From positions 384,001 to 448,000 of the forward strand of contig CAVUAK010000001.1 in assembly GCA_963739455.1 (NCBI GenBank): a DNA stretch of 64,000 bases, written 5' to 3'. This stretch comes from an uncultured Gemmatimonadales bacterium (GTDB lineage Bacteria; Gemmatimonadota; Gemmatimonadetes; Gemmatimonadales; GWC2-71-9). The notes beneath the pieces were generated by a model. That model made no database searches and was not told where the DNA came from. It saw only the letters and a list, made by a program, of their open reading frames with translations. Below, in pieces: positions 10,518-19,945 of this stretch; position 1 is the first letter of the stretch, and every line of letters begins with the position of its first letter. The translations under genes were made by a program, and so were the position numbers.

Positions 10518-11278
10518 TACCCGCCCAGTCGCGCCCGCACCTCATGACCCACACCAATGCCCAGTCGACGAGCCGCCGATCCATCACGGACGGCAATCTC
10601 CACCAGCCCGCCCGAGCCGACGTAGCTCACCAGCCCGCCACTTGGCACGTCACCAAACGTCTTCTGCAGCCGGCCCACTTCGAGGTCGTTGGTCTCGAGC
10701 ACGGCGTAGTCCGGCACTTCCTCGGTGGTGAGGTTCGTCACCAGCGTGCCGAAACGGTCCACGTAGATCACCTCGCCGACCACCACCTTGCCCTCGTAGT
10801 GCGGCGCGCCCGCGGTAAGGCGGACCAGGTCGGCACTGGCGGGGGCGCCAAGCAGGTGCAACGGGTAACCCATGAGGATGCGCGCCGCCGCAGGCGCAAA
10901 GAGGTCGCGGCCATGAAACGTGGGAGCGGCACGCTCCGGCGTCTCCAGCGTCACGGCCTCGAATGGTCCCGCGGTGAGCACATAGGAGAAGATGCCGTTG
11001 TCCGGTCCCACGAAGGTGTGACCATGTGACCGCACCGCAAGCGCAGCCCGCGCCGTTCCTACGCCAGGATCGACTACCGCGAGGTGGACCGTGCCTTCGG
11101 GGAATGACCGCCACGCGCGACCCAGCACATAGGCAGCGCTTCGAATGTCTCCGGGGGGGATGAGGTGGGTGATGTCCACGATGCCGGCATCAGGCACTCG
11201 AGACAACAGCACGCCCTTCACCTCGGCGACATAGGAGTCGTTGAGGCCGTAGTCCGTCAGGAAGGTGATGAGTGGCAC
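10517..11278 (-). CDS. SAM hydroxide adenosyltransferase / chlorinase-fluorinase family (DUF62)
   Basis: ITFLTDYG, VDITH, HLAVVDPGVGT, GPDNG, TFHGRDLFAP and YVDRFG motifs. Confidence 0.9.
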   Translation of the reverse strand: MPLITFLTDYGLNDSYVAEVKGVLLSRVPDAGIVDITHLIPPGDIRSAAYVLGRAWRSFPEGTVHLAVVDPGVGTARAALAVRSHGHTFVGPDNGIFSYVLTAGPFEAVTLETPERAAPTFHGRDLFAPAAARILMGYPLHLLGAPASADLVRLTAGAPHYEGKVVVGEVIYVDRFGTLVTNLTTEEVPDYAVLETNDLEVGRLQKTFGDVPSGGLVSYVGSGGLVEIAVRDGSAARRLGIGVGHEVRARLGG

Positions 11279-11371
11279 AGGGAGAATTGTAGGCACCAGA
11301 ACCGGTTGCCGCACGGGCCGGCACCTGCCGGCGGCACTGCAGCACTAACGCGGGCCGGCGATGGCCATGAC

Positions 11372-12499
11372 TCAGCCCCCCGGTGGCCCAGGCTGGCTGT
11401 CGAGTTCCACGATGTCCATCCGGTGCGCCTTCCGCCCACCACGCACGGTCCTGTCCACCGGAGCATCGGCCGCGACCAGGACCGCGGCCTTCTCGACCGC
11501 GCGCTGCGCCAGCGCCCGCGCGCCCTCTCGCAGTTCCGGGCTGCGCATCACGTAGGTGACGTTCCGCTCCATGTCCTCTGCCGACCAGCCGCGGCTGCTC
11601 GCAATGAAGGGAAACTGGGGGAAGTCGAAACCAAGCTCCGAGAAGAACATGAGCATCTGTCCCGCGACCGCCTGCACGTTGTCCTGTCCACCGGTGATGA
11701 TGAACGCCGCCACCTTGTTCCGGATCAGTACGTTGTCGCGGATCGTCACCTGGTTCTGGATGCAGTTCATCCGCTCGATCAGCTTGAAATAGAGCGAGCT
11801 GGCACTGCCCCACCGGATCGGCGAGGAGAGGATCACCACGTCACTCCAGAACACCAGCGCCTCGTAGACCCGCTCCATCTGGTCTTCCGCATCCATCTGC
11901 GTGATGGAGCATGGCCAGGTGCATGCCTGTGCGCTCTTCGAGTAGTAGCCCTCGCAGTGGCGGAACTTCAGCGTGTTCGCATGCAGCATCCGGGTCTCGG
12001 CGCCCGCCTCGGCGGCAGCATCGAGCGCAACTTCGAGCAGGCTGTCGGAGGTGGAGTAGCGGGGATAGGCAGCGTCCATGGCGGTGGTTGAGAGGCCGAG
12101 GACGCGAATCCGCCCCGGTTCACGGATGATCGGACGCTCCAGTGGGTGCCGCTCGTGCGGTGCCTTCCGCCGCGGCGTGGCACTCGCAAGGTCCACCAGT
12201 ACCCGCCCGTCCTCGATCTTGAGTTCGTAGCGCGGCACCTGGTCGGTCTCGTAGCCTGGCTCCCCCTGCCCCGTGACCCGATGGAATTTCCAGTGATGCC
12301 AGGGACACACAATGAAGTCGCCCTCGAGGGCACCGTCGCCCAGCGGACCGCCGACGTGATTGCAGACGCCCGACACCGCGCCGAACACGCCCGCATGATG
12401 ACTCAGCGCGATCTTCGTCCGCCCGATGATGAGTTGCTGCAGTGAGCGCTGCCGCAGGTCGGCGACGGCGCCGAGATCCTTCCAGTCGGGGCCGCTCAC
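11372..12499 (-). CDS. Rieske [2Fe-2S] domain fused to flavodoxin-like NAD(P)H-FMN reductase
   Basis: Rieske ligands CNH...CPWH, then CEGYYSKSAQACTWPC, SPIRWG and GGQDNVQ. Confidence 0.85.
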   Translation of the reverse strand: MSGPDWKDLGAVADLRQRSLQQLIIGRTKIALSHHAGVFGAVSGVCNHVGGPLGDGALEGDFIVCPWHHWKFHRVTGQGEPGYETDQVPRYELKIEDGRVLVDLASATPRRKAPHERHPLERPIIREPGRIRVLGLSTTAMDAAYPRYSTSDSLLEVALDAAAEAGAETRMLHANTLKFRHCEGYYSKSAQACTWPCSITQMDAEDQMERVYEALVFWSDVVILSSPIRWGSASSLYFKLIERMNCIQNQVTIRDNVLIRNKVAAFIITGGQDNVQAVAGQMLMFFSELGFDFPQFPFIASSRGWSAEDMERNVTYVMRSPELREGARALAQRAVEKAAVLVAADAPVDRTVRGGRKAHRMDIVELDSQPGPPGG

Positions 12500-12957
12500 T
12501 TGCCCGGTGCCACCCGGCGAAGTGCCGCGAGGAAGCTGTCGGGCTGTGCCGGGCTCACGAGCAGGGCGAATCCCCCGCTCGTGGGCACGTACACCGCCCG
12601 GTGCTGATCCGTCAGCGACAACAGAGCCTTCTCCCCGTTACTGAGCTTGAACCAGCCTGCCTTGTAGCCCGGCAGTCCCGTTCCCATTGTGCGCCATCTC
12701 GGCGCCAGCTCCGGCTCACGATCGAGGTCCACGATCCGCGCGGCGCCGCCGCGCAGACTGGCCGCGGGGATGAGCCGCCGGCCGTAGATGTCACCTCGCA
12801 GGGCCAGCCCCGCAGGCGAGAGCTCGATGCGCGCGCGTGACGGACCGAGGGCCGTCATGAGCAGGCTGGCAGCGACGGCGAGCAGCAGGATGGCGACGGG
12901 AATGAAGAACCAGAGAGGGCGACTGCTGGCAGGCGCGATCGGGAACGTCTCAGCCAT
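12496..12957 (-). CDS. Membrane-anchored bacterial PH-domain protein
   Basis: N-terminal TM helix and RTMGTGLPGYKAGWFKLSNGEKA motif. Confidence 0.75.
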   Translation of the reverse strand: MAETFPIAPASSRPLWFFIPVAILLLAVAASLLMTALGPSRARIELSPAGLALRGDIYGRRLIPAASLRGGAARIVDLDREPELAPRWRTMGTGLPGYKAGWFKLSNGEKALLSLTDQHRAVYVPTSGGFALLVSPAQPDSFLAALRRVAPGK

Positions 12958-13007
12958 CACCTGAGGCCTCGCGAGAGGAGGAGGTTTGCAATCTACGCTC
13001 CACGCGC

Positions 13008-13036
13008 TTGACAGGCACTATTCGAAGTCCTAAGGT
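13008..13036 (+). promoter_or_regulatory. Sigma70-type promoter
   Basis: TTGACA (13008-13013), 17 bp spacer, TAAGGT (13031-13036). Confidence 0.75.
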
Positions 13037-13042
13037 GCATTC

Positions 13043-13105
13043 ATGATGCATACCGCCCGGCAGCAGTGCGCCGTCAGGAACAATCACGGGACGTGCAGCC
13101 CCTAG
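13043..13105 (+). CDS. Putative leaderless leader peptide [20 protein letters not shown]
   Basis: ATG lies 6 nt after the -10 box, TAG at 13103-13105, followed by competing hairpins. Confidence 0.45.
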   Translation: MMHTARQQCAVRNNHGTCSP

Positions 13106-13107
13106 GT

Positions 13108-13179
13108 CGCGCCCGCTGGGAGGTATTTTGCGAATGCAGCGCCCCCTCCGGAGCCTTCCAGCGGGGGCGCTGGGCATTC
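13108..13179 (+). promoter_or_regulatory. Mutually exclusive RNA hairpins (attenuator-like)
   Basis: 13108-13123 pairs with 13154-13169 (15/16 bp); alternatively 13132-13146 pairs with 13163-13179. Confidence 0.55.
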
Positions 13180-13211
13180 AGGGACCCGAGGCACAAAGGA
13201 GTGCCACGACA

Positions 13212-14027
13212 ATGATGATGGAGCGGGAGCCACTCGCCAGGCACTACTTGCTGGCCAGCGATTTTGACCACACGCTGAGCTTCAATGATTCCGGCGTCGT
13301 GCTGAGCGAGATGCTCGGCCTGGCCGGTTTCCAGGAGCGCATCGCGGGACTGAGCAGCATCCACCTGGTCCAGCAAGGCGCCGAACTCGCCTACCTGCTG
13401 CAGCACGACCCCGAGTACCGGCGCGTGCGGCGCGAGGACCTGATCGAGGTGGGGCGGCGCATCCGGCTCAAGTCGAACCTGCCGCTCCTGCTGCAGATGC
13501 TCGACCACGTCGAGGGATATCGGTTCTCTTTCTACGTCATCTCGGCGGCGCCTGAGGAAGTCATCCAGTCCGCGCTCGAGGGCATCGTGTCACCCGACCA
13601 CATCTTCGGGACGCGCTTCCGCTACGATCCCCACTCCGGTGAGATCCAGTCGATTGTCGAGGTGCCGGCCGGATACGGCAAGGTGGCGGTCCTCGAGCAA
13701 CTGCGCAGTCAACTGGCAGTCGGTCGCGACCGCATCATCTACGTCGGCGATGGCAGCTCCGACGTGCACGTCATGCTGCACGTGAACCGCCTGGACGGGC
13801 TCACGGTCGCGGTGTCGGAGAACAAGTACCTCACGCCGATTGCCCGGCGGACCATCCTGAGCGATACCGCGCTCAGCGTCATGGTACCGATCCTGGAGGA
13901 TGTCGTGGGGTGGCAACCGATGCGGATTCGGGCGCTGTTCGACGCACATGGCCTGGTGCTGCAGGAGTGGGACAAGACCCGCACCGATTTCGTCACGGTC
14001 ATCCGCCAGGAGCCGCTCAGTGCATGA
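13212..14027 (+). CDS. HAD-superfamily (IB-like) phosphatase
   Basis: DFDHT motif I, ISAA, GYGK and [17 protein letters not shown]. Confidence 0.9.
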   Translation: MMMEREPLARHYLLASDFDHTLSFNDSGVVLSEMLGLAGFQERIAGLSSIHLVQQGAELAYLLQHDPEYRRVRREDLIEVGRRIRLKSNLPLLLQMLDHVEGYRFSFYVISAAPEEVIQSALEGIVSPDHIFGTRFRYDPHSGEIQSIVEVPAGYGKVAVLEQLRSQLAVGRDRIIYVGDGSSDVHVMLHVNRLDGLTVAVSENKYLTPIARRTILSDTALSVMVPILEDVVGWQPMRIRALFDAHGLVLQEWDKTRTDFVTVIRQEPLSA

Positions 14028-14238
14028 CTGGACCTGGATCGGGTGGGTCGCCACCGCAATTTTCGCCAGCTCCTACCTCTTCAAGGAGCCGGCCGCTCTC
14101 CGCCGAATTCAGGCAGTGGGTGCCGTGCTGTGGATTGTGTATGGCGGGCTCATTCACGCGCTGCCGGTCGTCGTCGCCAACTCCATCGTGGCGGTCATCG
14201 CCATCGGTTCTTCGTTCCGCCGACCAGCTACCCGTTGA
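14020..14238 (+). CDS. Small membrane protein (YgjV-like)
   Basis: AGGAG RBS and GTG start; [30 protein letters not shown]. Confidence 0.7.
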   Translation: MHDWTWIGWVATAIFASSYLFKEPAALRRIQAVGAVLWIVYGGLIHALPVVVANSIVAVIAIGSSFRRPATR

Positions 14239-15339
14239 GGATCGGCAGCGCCATCGGGCGCGCTGCCACCGCCTCCTGAACTTTTGCGGCGACGTCACGC
14301 AGCACGGTGGCGGCGGCACTTCCAGGAGCACCCGCCAGCACCGGCATGCCGACGTCGGCTGCCTCGGCGAGTCCCGGCTGCAGCGGCACTGAGCCAAGCA
14401 GCGGCACGCCGATCTCGTCGGCCAGACGCTGGCCACCGCCCGACGAGAAGAGCTCGAAGCGCTTGCCCGTCTCTGGGATCCACGAACGCGCTCATGTTCT
14501 CCACCACGCCGACCACCGGCACGCCGACCTTCTCGAACATCTTGGCCCCGCGGAGCGCGTCGCCCACCGCGACCTCCTGCGGTGTCGTGACGATCACCGC
14601 GGCAGCCACCTGGGTCGACTGGACCAGTGAGAGCTGCGCGTCGCCGGTGCCCGGCGGCAGGTCCACGATGAAGTAGTCCAGCTCGCCCCACTCGACGTCG
14701 CGCAGGAACTGCTGCACGATCTTCATGATGATCGGACCGCGCCAGATCGCCGGCGCGTCGCGGTCCACCAGCAGCCCGAGCGACATCAGCTTCACGCCGT
14801 GCGCCTCGAGCGGCTGGATGCGGTTGCCGATGACTGGCGGCTTGTCGAACACGCCGAACATGCGCGGGATGTTCGGGCCATAGACGTCGGCGTCCATGAT
14901 GCCGACCGCGAAACCCTGCTGCACCAGCGCGATCGCGAGGTTGGCCGCGACGGTGGACTTGCCGACGCCGCCCTTGCCCGAGGAGATCGCGATCACGCGG
15001 CCGAGGTTGGGCTGCGCCATCGGCTGCTGAGCTGGAACACCAGTCGAGGCAGACTGCGGCCCACCAGGCGGTGCATGCGTCGTCTTGGCCGCACCTGCCG
15101 GATCGACCACGTTGATCTTGATGTCGCTCACGCCGTCGAGCTCGCGAATGGCCTTCCGCGCCTCGCGCACGAGCGTTGCCGGGTCGTCACGGCCCAGCAG
15201 GAACGTGAACGCGACCCGTCCCGTCCCATCGACGGTCAGGTCGCGCACCATTCCAGCCGAGACGAGGTCGTTTTCGAGCCGCGGATTCTGCAGGCGGCTC
15301 GAGGGCCGCCATGACCTGTCCTTCGAGTGACTGCGCCAC
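14228..15339 (-). CDS. mrp: Mrp/ApbC/NBP35 Fe-S cluster carrier ATPase (frameshifts near 15300 and 14470)
   Basis: SGKGGVGKST, DADVYGP, WRGP, DLPPGTGD and VVENMS; C-terminus GGGQRLA...GSVPL lies in a shifted frame. Confidence 0.9.
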
Positions 15340-15357
15340 GCTTCTCCTATCGGTCTA

Positions 15358-15389
15358 CTTCACGTCTTCACGTCTTCACGTCCTCACGT
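15358..15389. repeat. Tandem octamer (CYTCACGT)x4
   Basis: Read directly, between the NifU-family gene stop and the mrp RBS. Confidence 0.9.
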
Positions 15390-15390
15390 C

Positions 15391-15648
15391 CTAGACTGAT
15401 TCCACGCTCCGCACCTCAGGTACCGCCTGTTTCAGGCGCACCTCGATCCCCTGCTTCAGCGTCACCGAAGAAGCCGAGCAGCCGTGGCAGGTGCCTCCCA
15501 GCCGGAGCAGCAGGGTGCCGTCGGCCTCGTCGAAATCCACCACTTCCACCTGGCCGCGATGGGAGGCGATGTAGGGCCGCAGCGTATCGAGCGACTGCTC
15601 GATCCGCTCCATCACCGTCAATCCGGGGTCCGTTCTCAATTCCGACAT
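15391..15648 (-). CDS. NifU/NfuA C-terminal-domain Fe-S scaffold protein
   Basis: LRPYIASHRG, GTCHGC (CxxC) and TLKQGIE. Confidence 0.9.
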   Translation of the reverse strand: MSELRTDPGLTVMERIEQSLDTLRPYIASHRGQVEVVDFDEADGTLLLRLGGTCHGCSASSVTLKQGIEVRLKQAVPEVRSVESV

Positions 15649-15679
15649 AGTCACTCGGCAATATGTTCCGGTCAGCCGA

Positions 15680-16709
15680 TCAGGTCAACGCTGGCACCCG
15701 CGAACCCAGGAAGTCCCGCGCGGCCGCCAGCACGATCGCCTGGACTTCCGGCAGGGTGCCTTCCACCGAGAGGCCCGCGGCCTTGGTGTGCCCGCCACCC
15801 CCAAAGTGCTTCGCAAACCCGGCGACGTCTACGTCACCCACCGACCGCAGCGACACCTTCACCCGGCCATGCGCGATCTCGCGGAAGAGCAGCGCCATCC
15901 GCACGCCCTCGACCGAGCGGGGGAATTCCACCACGCCGTCCAGGTCATCGGGTGACACCCCCCACCGCTCCATGGCGCCGGGCGGCACCGTGATCCAGGC
16001 GAGCCCGAGCTCGGGTTCCACCACCAGCGTCTCGAGCGCGTCGGCCAGCAGGCGATGGCGACCCTCCGGCACGTTGGCGTAGACCTCGAGGTAGATCTCC
16101 TCCGGGTCGACGCCGATCTCGAGCAGGTCGGCGGCCACGCGCAGGACACGCGGGTCGCGTATTGCTGAAGCGGAAGCCACCGGTGTCCGTGAGCACCGCC
16201 ACATACAGCGCGCGCGCCGCGCTCACCGGGATGTCCCACCCATTCGCCTCGGCGAGCTCGACCACCAACTCGCCGGTGGCGCTCGCCTTCGGGTCCACGT
16301 AGCGCGGTCCCGGCGGCAGCGTCCCTTCGCTCACATGATGGTCGATGCACGCCACCGGGACGCCGCGATCGCGCACCGCGTCGTGCAGCATGCCGAGCCG
16401 GCCCAGGTCGGCGATGTCCAGAACGAGGATGAGGTCCGCGCGCCGGATCTCCTTCACCGCCTCCGCCGTCTTGTCCACGCCGGGCAGGTCGTGCAGCAGG
16501 AAGTCGAATCGCGGCGGTGTGGGCGTCGGGTTGGTGATGACCGGATGTGCGCCGAGCGCGCGCAGCAGGTGCACCATCGCCACTTCACTGCCGAGCCCGT
16601 CGCCATCGGGATTGACGTGGGTCGTGATGCAGATGCGCTGACCCGGCTTGATCGCGGCGGCGAATGCGGCGGCCGATGCGAGCTTCTCGGCGGAGAGAGA
16701 GATTGTCAT
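15680..16709 (-). CDS. nrnA: DHH/DHHA1 phosphoesterase (NrnA-like), frameshift near 16160
   Basis: THVNPDGDGLGS, CIDHH, TDTGGFRFSNT, VSLRS and GGGGHTKAAG. Confidence 0.85.
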
Positions 16710-16748
16710 GGACCCCAAAGCTAAGTGTGACGGTGATGGCAGAAAAGA

Positions 16749-16779
16749 CGAGGGGACGGAGAAACGCTCCGTCCCCTCG
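16749..16779 (-). terminator. Intrinsic terminator after amino acid permease
   Basis: CGAGGGGACGGAG/CTCCGTCCCCTCG stem followed on the minus strand by TCTTTTCT. Confidence 0.75.
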
Positions 16780-16799
16780 CCGCATGCCGTCGGTGCACC

Positions 16800-18341
16800 C
16801 TACTTGTTCGTCTTGTTCAGCACCGAATGGTTCCGCCCGTAGAGGAAGTAGATCAGCAAGCCGATGAAGAGCCAGACGAAGAGCCGGATCCAGGTATCGA
16901 CCGGCAGCAGCGCCATCATGCCAAGGCACGTCAGGATGCCAAGGATCGGCACCAGCGGCACCAGCGGCGTACGGAAGGGCCGCGGGAGGTCCGGCTGCTT
17001 CTTCCGCAGCACGATGATGCCGCCGCAGACGATCACGAAGGCCAGCAGTGTACCGATGGACACCAGTTCGCCCAGCAGCCCGATCGGCAGGGTGCCCGCA
17101 ATCACCGCCGCCACCAGGCCGGTGATGATCGTCGAGATATACGGCGTCTGGAACTTCGGGTGCACCTTCGCGAACACCGGCGGGAGCAGGCCATCGCGCG
17201 CCATGGTGAAGAAGATGCGCGGCTGGCCCATGAGCATCACGAGCACCACCGAGGCAAGGCCGGCGATGGCGCCGATGTTGACGAAGAAGCCCAGCCACTT
17301 GAGCGCCGGCCCCGCCTTCTCGATGGCGACGAACACCGGGTGCGGCACGTTGAGCTCGGAGTAGTGTGCCAGGCCGGTCATGACGAGTGCCATCAGGATG
17401 TACAGCACCGTGCAGATGGCAAGCGAGCCGAGCATGCCGATCGGCAGGTCACGCTGCGGGTTCTTTGCCTCCTGGGCCGCGGTGCTGACCGCGTCGAAAC
17501 CGATGTAGGCGAAGAAGATCACCGCGGCGCCGCGGATGATGCCGCTCCAGCCGTAGTGCCCGACCTCACCGGTGTTCACCGGGATGAAGGGATGCCAGTT
17601 GGCGGTGTTGACGTACTTGAAGCCGAACCCGATGACGAGCAGGACGATGGCCAGCTTCACGAAGACGACGATGTTGTTGAATCGCGCCGACTCCTTGATG
17701 CCGACGACCAGCAGCGCGGTGATCAGCAGGACCAGCACGACAGCCGGCAGGTTGACCAGGCCGTGCCCGAGGGTGAAGCCCTTGGACACGCAATCGGCCA
17801 CCGGGATGAGCGTGTGACTGACCGCATCCACCGCCACGCCGCCCGACGCGGGGTTGATGCAGATGTCGGAACGGACCAGGGTATGCGTTCCCTGCACACT
17901 GAACGGCGCGCCCGTCAGCGCCGGTGGCAGGGTGAAGCCGATCTCGGCCATGAACGCCGTGAAGTAGCCCGACCAGCCCACCGCGACCGTCGAGGCGGCG
18001 AAGAGGTATTCGAGGATCAGGTCCCAGCCGATGATCCAGGCCACGAGCTCACCCAGCGTGGCATAGCCGTACGTGTAGGCACTGCCCGCCACCGGGATCA
18101 TCGATGAGAACTCGGCGTAGCAGAGTCCGGCGAAGAGGCACCCGATCCCGGCGAGTACGAACGAGAGGACGATGCCTGGCCCGGCGTATTGCGCCGCCGC
18201 AGTGCCCGTCAGGACGAAGATGCCGGCGCCGATGATGGCGCCGATGCCGAGCAGCACCAGGTTGGTCGCGGTGAGGACGCGCTTGAGGCCGCCCTCCTCG
18301 CCCCGGAGGTCGGCCATCGACTTTGTGCGGAAGTAATCCAT
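16800..18341 (-). CDS. APC-family amino acid permease (cationic amino acid transporter type)
   Basis: GAIIGAGIFVLTG, PVAGSAYTY, FAYIGFDAVST and GQPRIF. Confidence 0.95.
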   Translation of the reverse strand: MDYFRTKSMADLRGEEGGLKRVLTATNLVLLGIGAIIGAGIFVLTGTAAAQYAGPGIVLSFVLAGIGCLFAGLCYAEFSSMIPVAGSAYTYGYATLGELVAWIIGWDLILEYLFAASTVAVGWSGYFTAFMAEIGFTLPPALTGAPFSVQGTHTLVRSDICINPASGGVAVDAVSHTLIPVADCVSKGFTLGHGLVNLPAVVLVLLITALLVVGIKESARFNNIVVFVKLAIVLLVIGFGFKYVNTANWHPFIPVNTGEVGHYGWSGIIRGAAVIFFAYIGFDAVSTAAQEAKNPQRDLPIGMLGSLAICTVLYILMALVMTGLAHYSELNVPHPVFVAIEKAGPALKWLGFFVNIGAIAGLASVVLVMLMGQPRIFFTMARDGLLPPVFAKVHPKFQTPYISTIITGLVAAVIAGTLPIGLLGELVSIGTLLAFVIVCGGIIVLRKKQPDLPRPFRTPLVPLVPILGILTCLGMMALLPVDTWIRLFVWLFIGLLIYFLYGRNHSVLNKTNK

Positions 18342-18379
18342 GCAGTGCCCTGGGTTGAGGGGTCGAGCTCAGAGTAGTG

Positions 18380-19894
18380 TCAGGAAACTCCGGCGGCGCG
18401 AGCGCGTTCGCGCTCCCGCTGCAGCGTGCTGTTGGAACGGCCGTAGGTGAAGTAGATCACCAGGCCGATGGCGAGCCAGATGGCCAGGCGCAGCCAGGTG
18501 TCGACCGGCAGCGTCGCCATGAGGCCGACGCACGCCAGCACACCAAGGATTGGCACCACCGGCATGAACGGCACCTTGAACGGCCGCTCCAGGTCGGGGC
18601 GCTTCTTCCGCAGGATGATCACGCCCACGCACACCAGCGCGAATGCCAGCAGGGTGCCGATGTTCACCAGCTGCCCCAGGATCTGGAGCGGCAGGAGCCC
18701 GGACGCCAGCGAAACGGCGAACCCCGTAAAGATCGTCGAGAGATACGGAGTGCGGAACTTCGGGTGCACCTTGCTGAACCAGCCGCCGATGAGCCCGTCC
18801 CGCGACATGGCGTAGAACACCCGGCTCTGGCCAAGCATCTGCACCAGCACCACCGACGCAAGGCCCAGCACTGCACCCACGTCGATGGACACACGGAGCC
18901 AGTCCGGGGCGCCGGTGCGCTGCATTGCCAGCGCCATCGGCGCCGGCACGTTGAGCTCGGTGTACGACACCATGCCGGTCAGCACCGCCGACACCACGAC
19001 GTAAAGAATGGTACAGACCACCAGCGAGCCGAGAATGCCGATCGGCATGTCGCGCTGGGGATTCTTTGCTTCCTGTGCCGCCGTGCTCACCGCGTCGAAC
19101 CCGATGTAGGCGAAGAACACCAGCCCCGCGCCCCGAAGCACGCCCGACCAGCCGAACTCACCCCACACCCCGGTGTTCGGCGGGATGTACGGCTTCCAGT
19201 TGGCCGGCGTGAGGTGCATGACGCCCCAGCCCACGACCACCAGGATGATCGCGACCTTGAGGACGACGATGAGGTTGTTCAGGTTCGCCGATTCCTTGAT
19301 GCCGATGACCAGGACGATCGTCATCAGCACCGACACCAGGATCGCCGGCAGGTTGACCAGCGAGCCGGTGGTGTTCCATCCCACGTGCGCGCATCCCGCA
19401 ACGGCTGCCTGCACATTCGGGTTGGTGCACCACTGAAAGGGCGCCTGCGCCAGCGCCGCGGGAATGTGAATGCCGAAAATGTCGAGCAGGCTCGCCAGGT
19501 GACCCGACCAGCCGACTGCTACAGTGGCCGCGCCCATGGCATACTCGAGCACCAGGTCCCAGCCGATGATCCACGCCACCAGCTCGCCCATCGTGGCGTA
19601 CGAGTAGGTGTAGGCGCTGCCGGCCACGGGCACCGTGCTCGCCATCTCCGCGTAGCAGAGCCCGGCGAGCGTGCACGCGATGCCCACGATGACCATGGAG
19701 ATCGGCACCGCTGGCCCTGCATGCAATGCCGCGGCGACGCCGGTAAGGACGAAAATGCCGGCGCCGATGATGGCACCAATGCCGAGGAAGACGAGGTTCG
19801 CCGCCGACAGGGTGCGCCGCAGGCCGCCGGCTTCCTCGCCGGCATCTGCCTCTGCGCGCAACGCCGCAATCGACTTCGTCGCCCAGATGCTCAT
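18380..19894 (-). CDS. APC-family amino acid permease, tandem paralog
   Basis: Same motifs as 16800-18341. Confidence 0.95.
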   Translation of the reverse strand: MSIWATKSIAALRAEADAGEEAGGLRRTLSAANLVFLGIGAIIGAGIFVLTGVAAALHAGPAVPISMVIVGIACTLAGLCYAEMASTVPVAGSAYTYSYATMGELVAWIIGWDLVLEYAMGAATVAVGWSGHLASLLDIFGIHIPAALAQAPFQWCTNPNVQAAVAGCAHVGWNTTGSLVNLPAILVSVLMTIVLVIGIKESANLNNLIVVLKVAIILVVVGWGVMHLTPANWKPYIPPNTGVWGEFGWSGVLRGAGLVFFAYIGFDAVSTAAQEAKNPQRDMPIGILGSLVVCTILYVVVSAVLTGMVSYTELNVPAPMALAMQRTGAPDWLRVSIDVGAVLGLASVVLVQMLGQSRVFYAMSRDGLIGGWFSKVHPKFRTPYLSTIFTGFAVSLASGLLPLQILGQLVNIGTLLAFALVCVGVIILRKKRPDLERPFKVPFMPVVPILGVLACVGLMATLPVDTWLRLAIWLAIGLVIYFTYGRSNSTLQRERERARAAGVS

Positions 19895-19920
19895 GCACGT
19901 ACCTCCGGCGTGTGTCTGAC

Positions 19921-19945
19921 GACTGCCGACTGCAGACTGCCGACT
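19921..19945. repeat. Tandem heptamer (GACTGCM)x3.5
   Basis: Read directly, immediately 3' of the guaB stop codon. Confidence 0.85.

Noticed and set aside
6830..11278. Halogenation cluster (haloperoxidase plus chlorinase/fluorinase)
   Set aside because: The haloperoxidase-like protein lacks catalytic residues. The DUF62 protein has the TFHGRD motif typical of widespread SAM hydrolases. No biosynthetic genes are nearby.
15358..15389. Short repeats as a CRISPR array
   Set aside because: The units are contiguous 8-mers with no spacers, and no cas genes are present.
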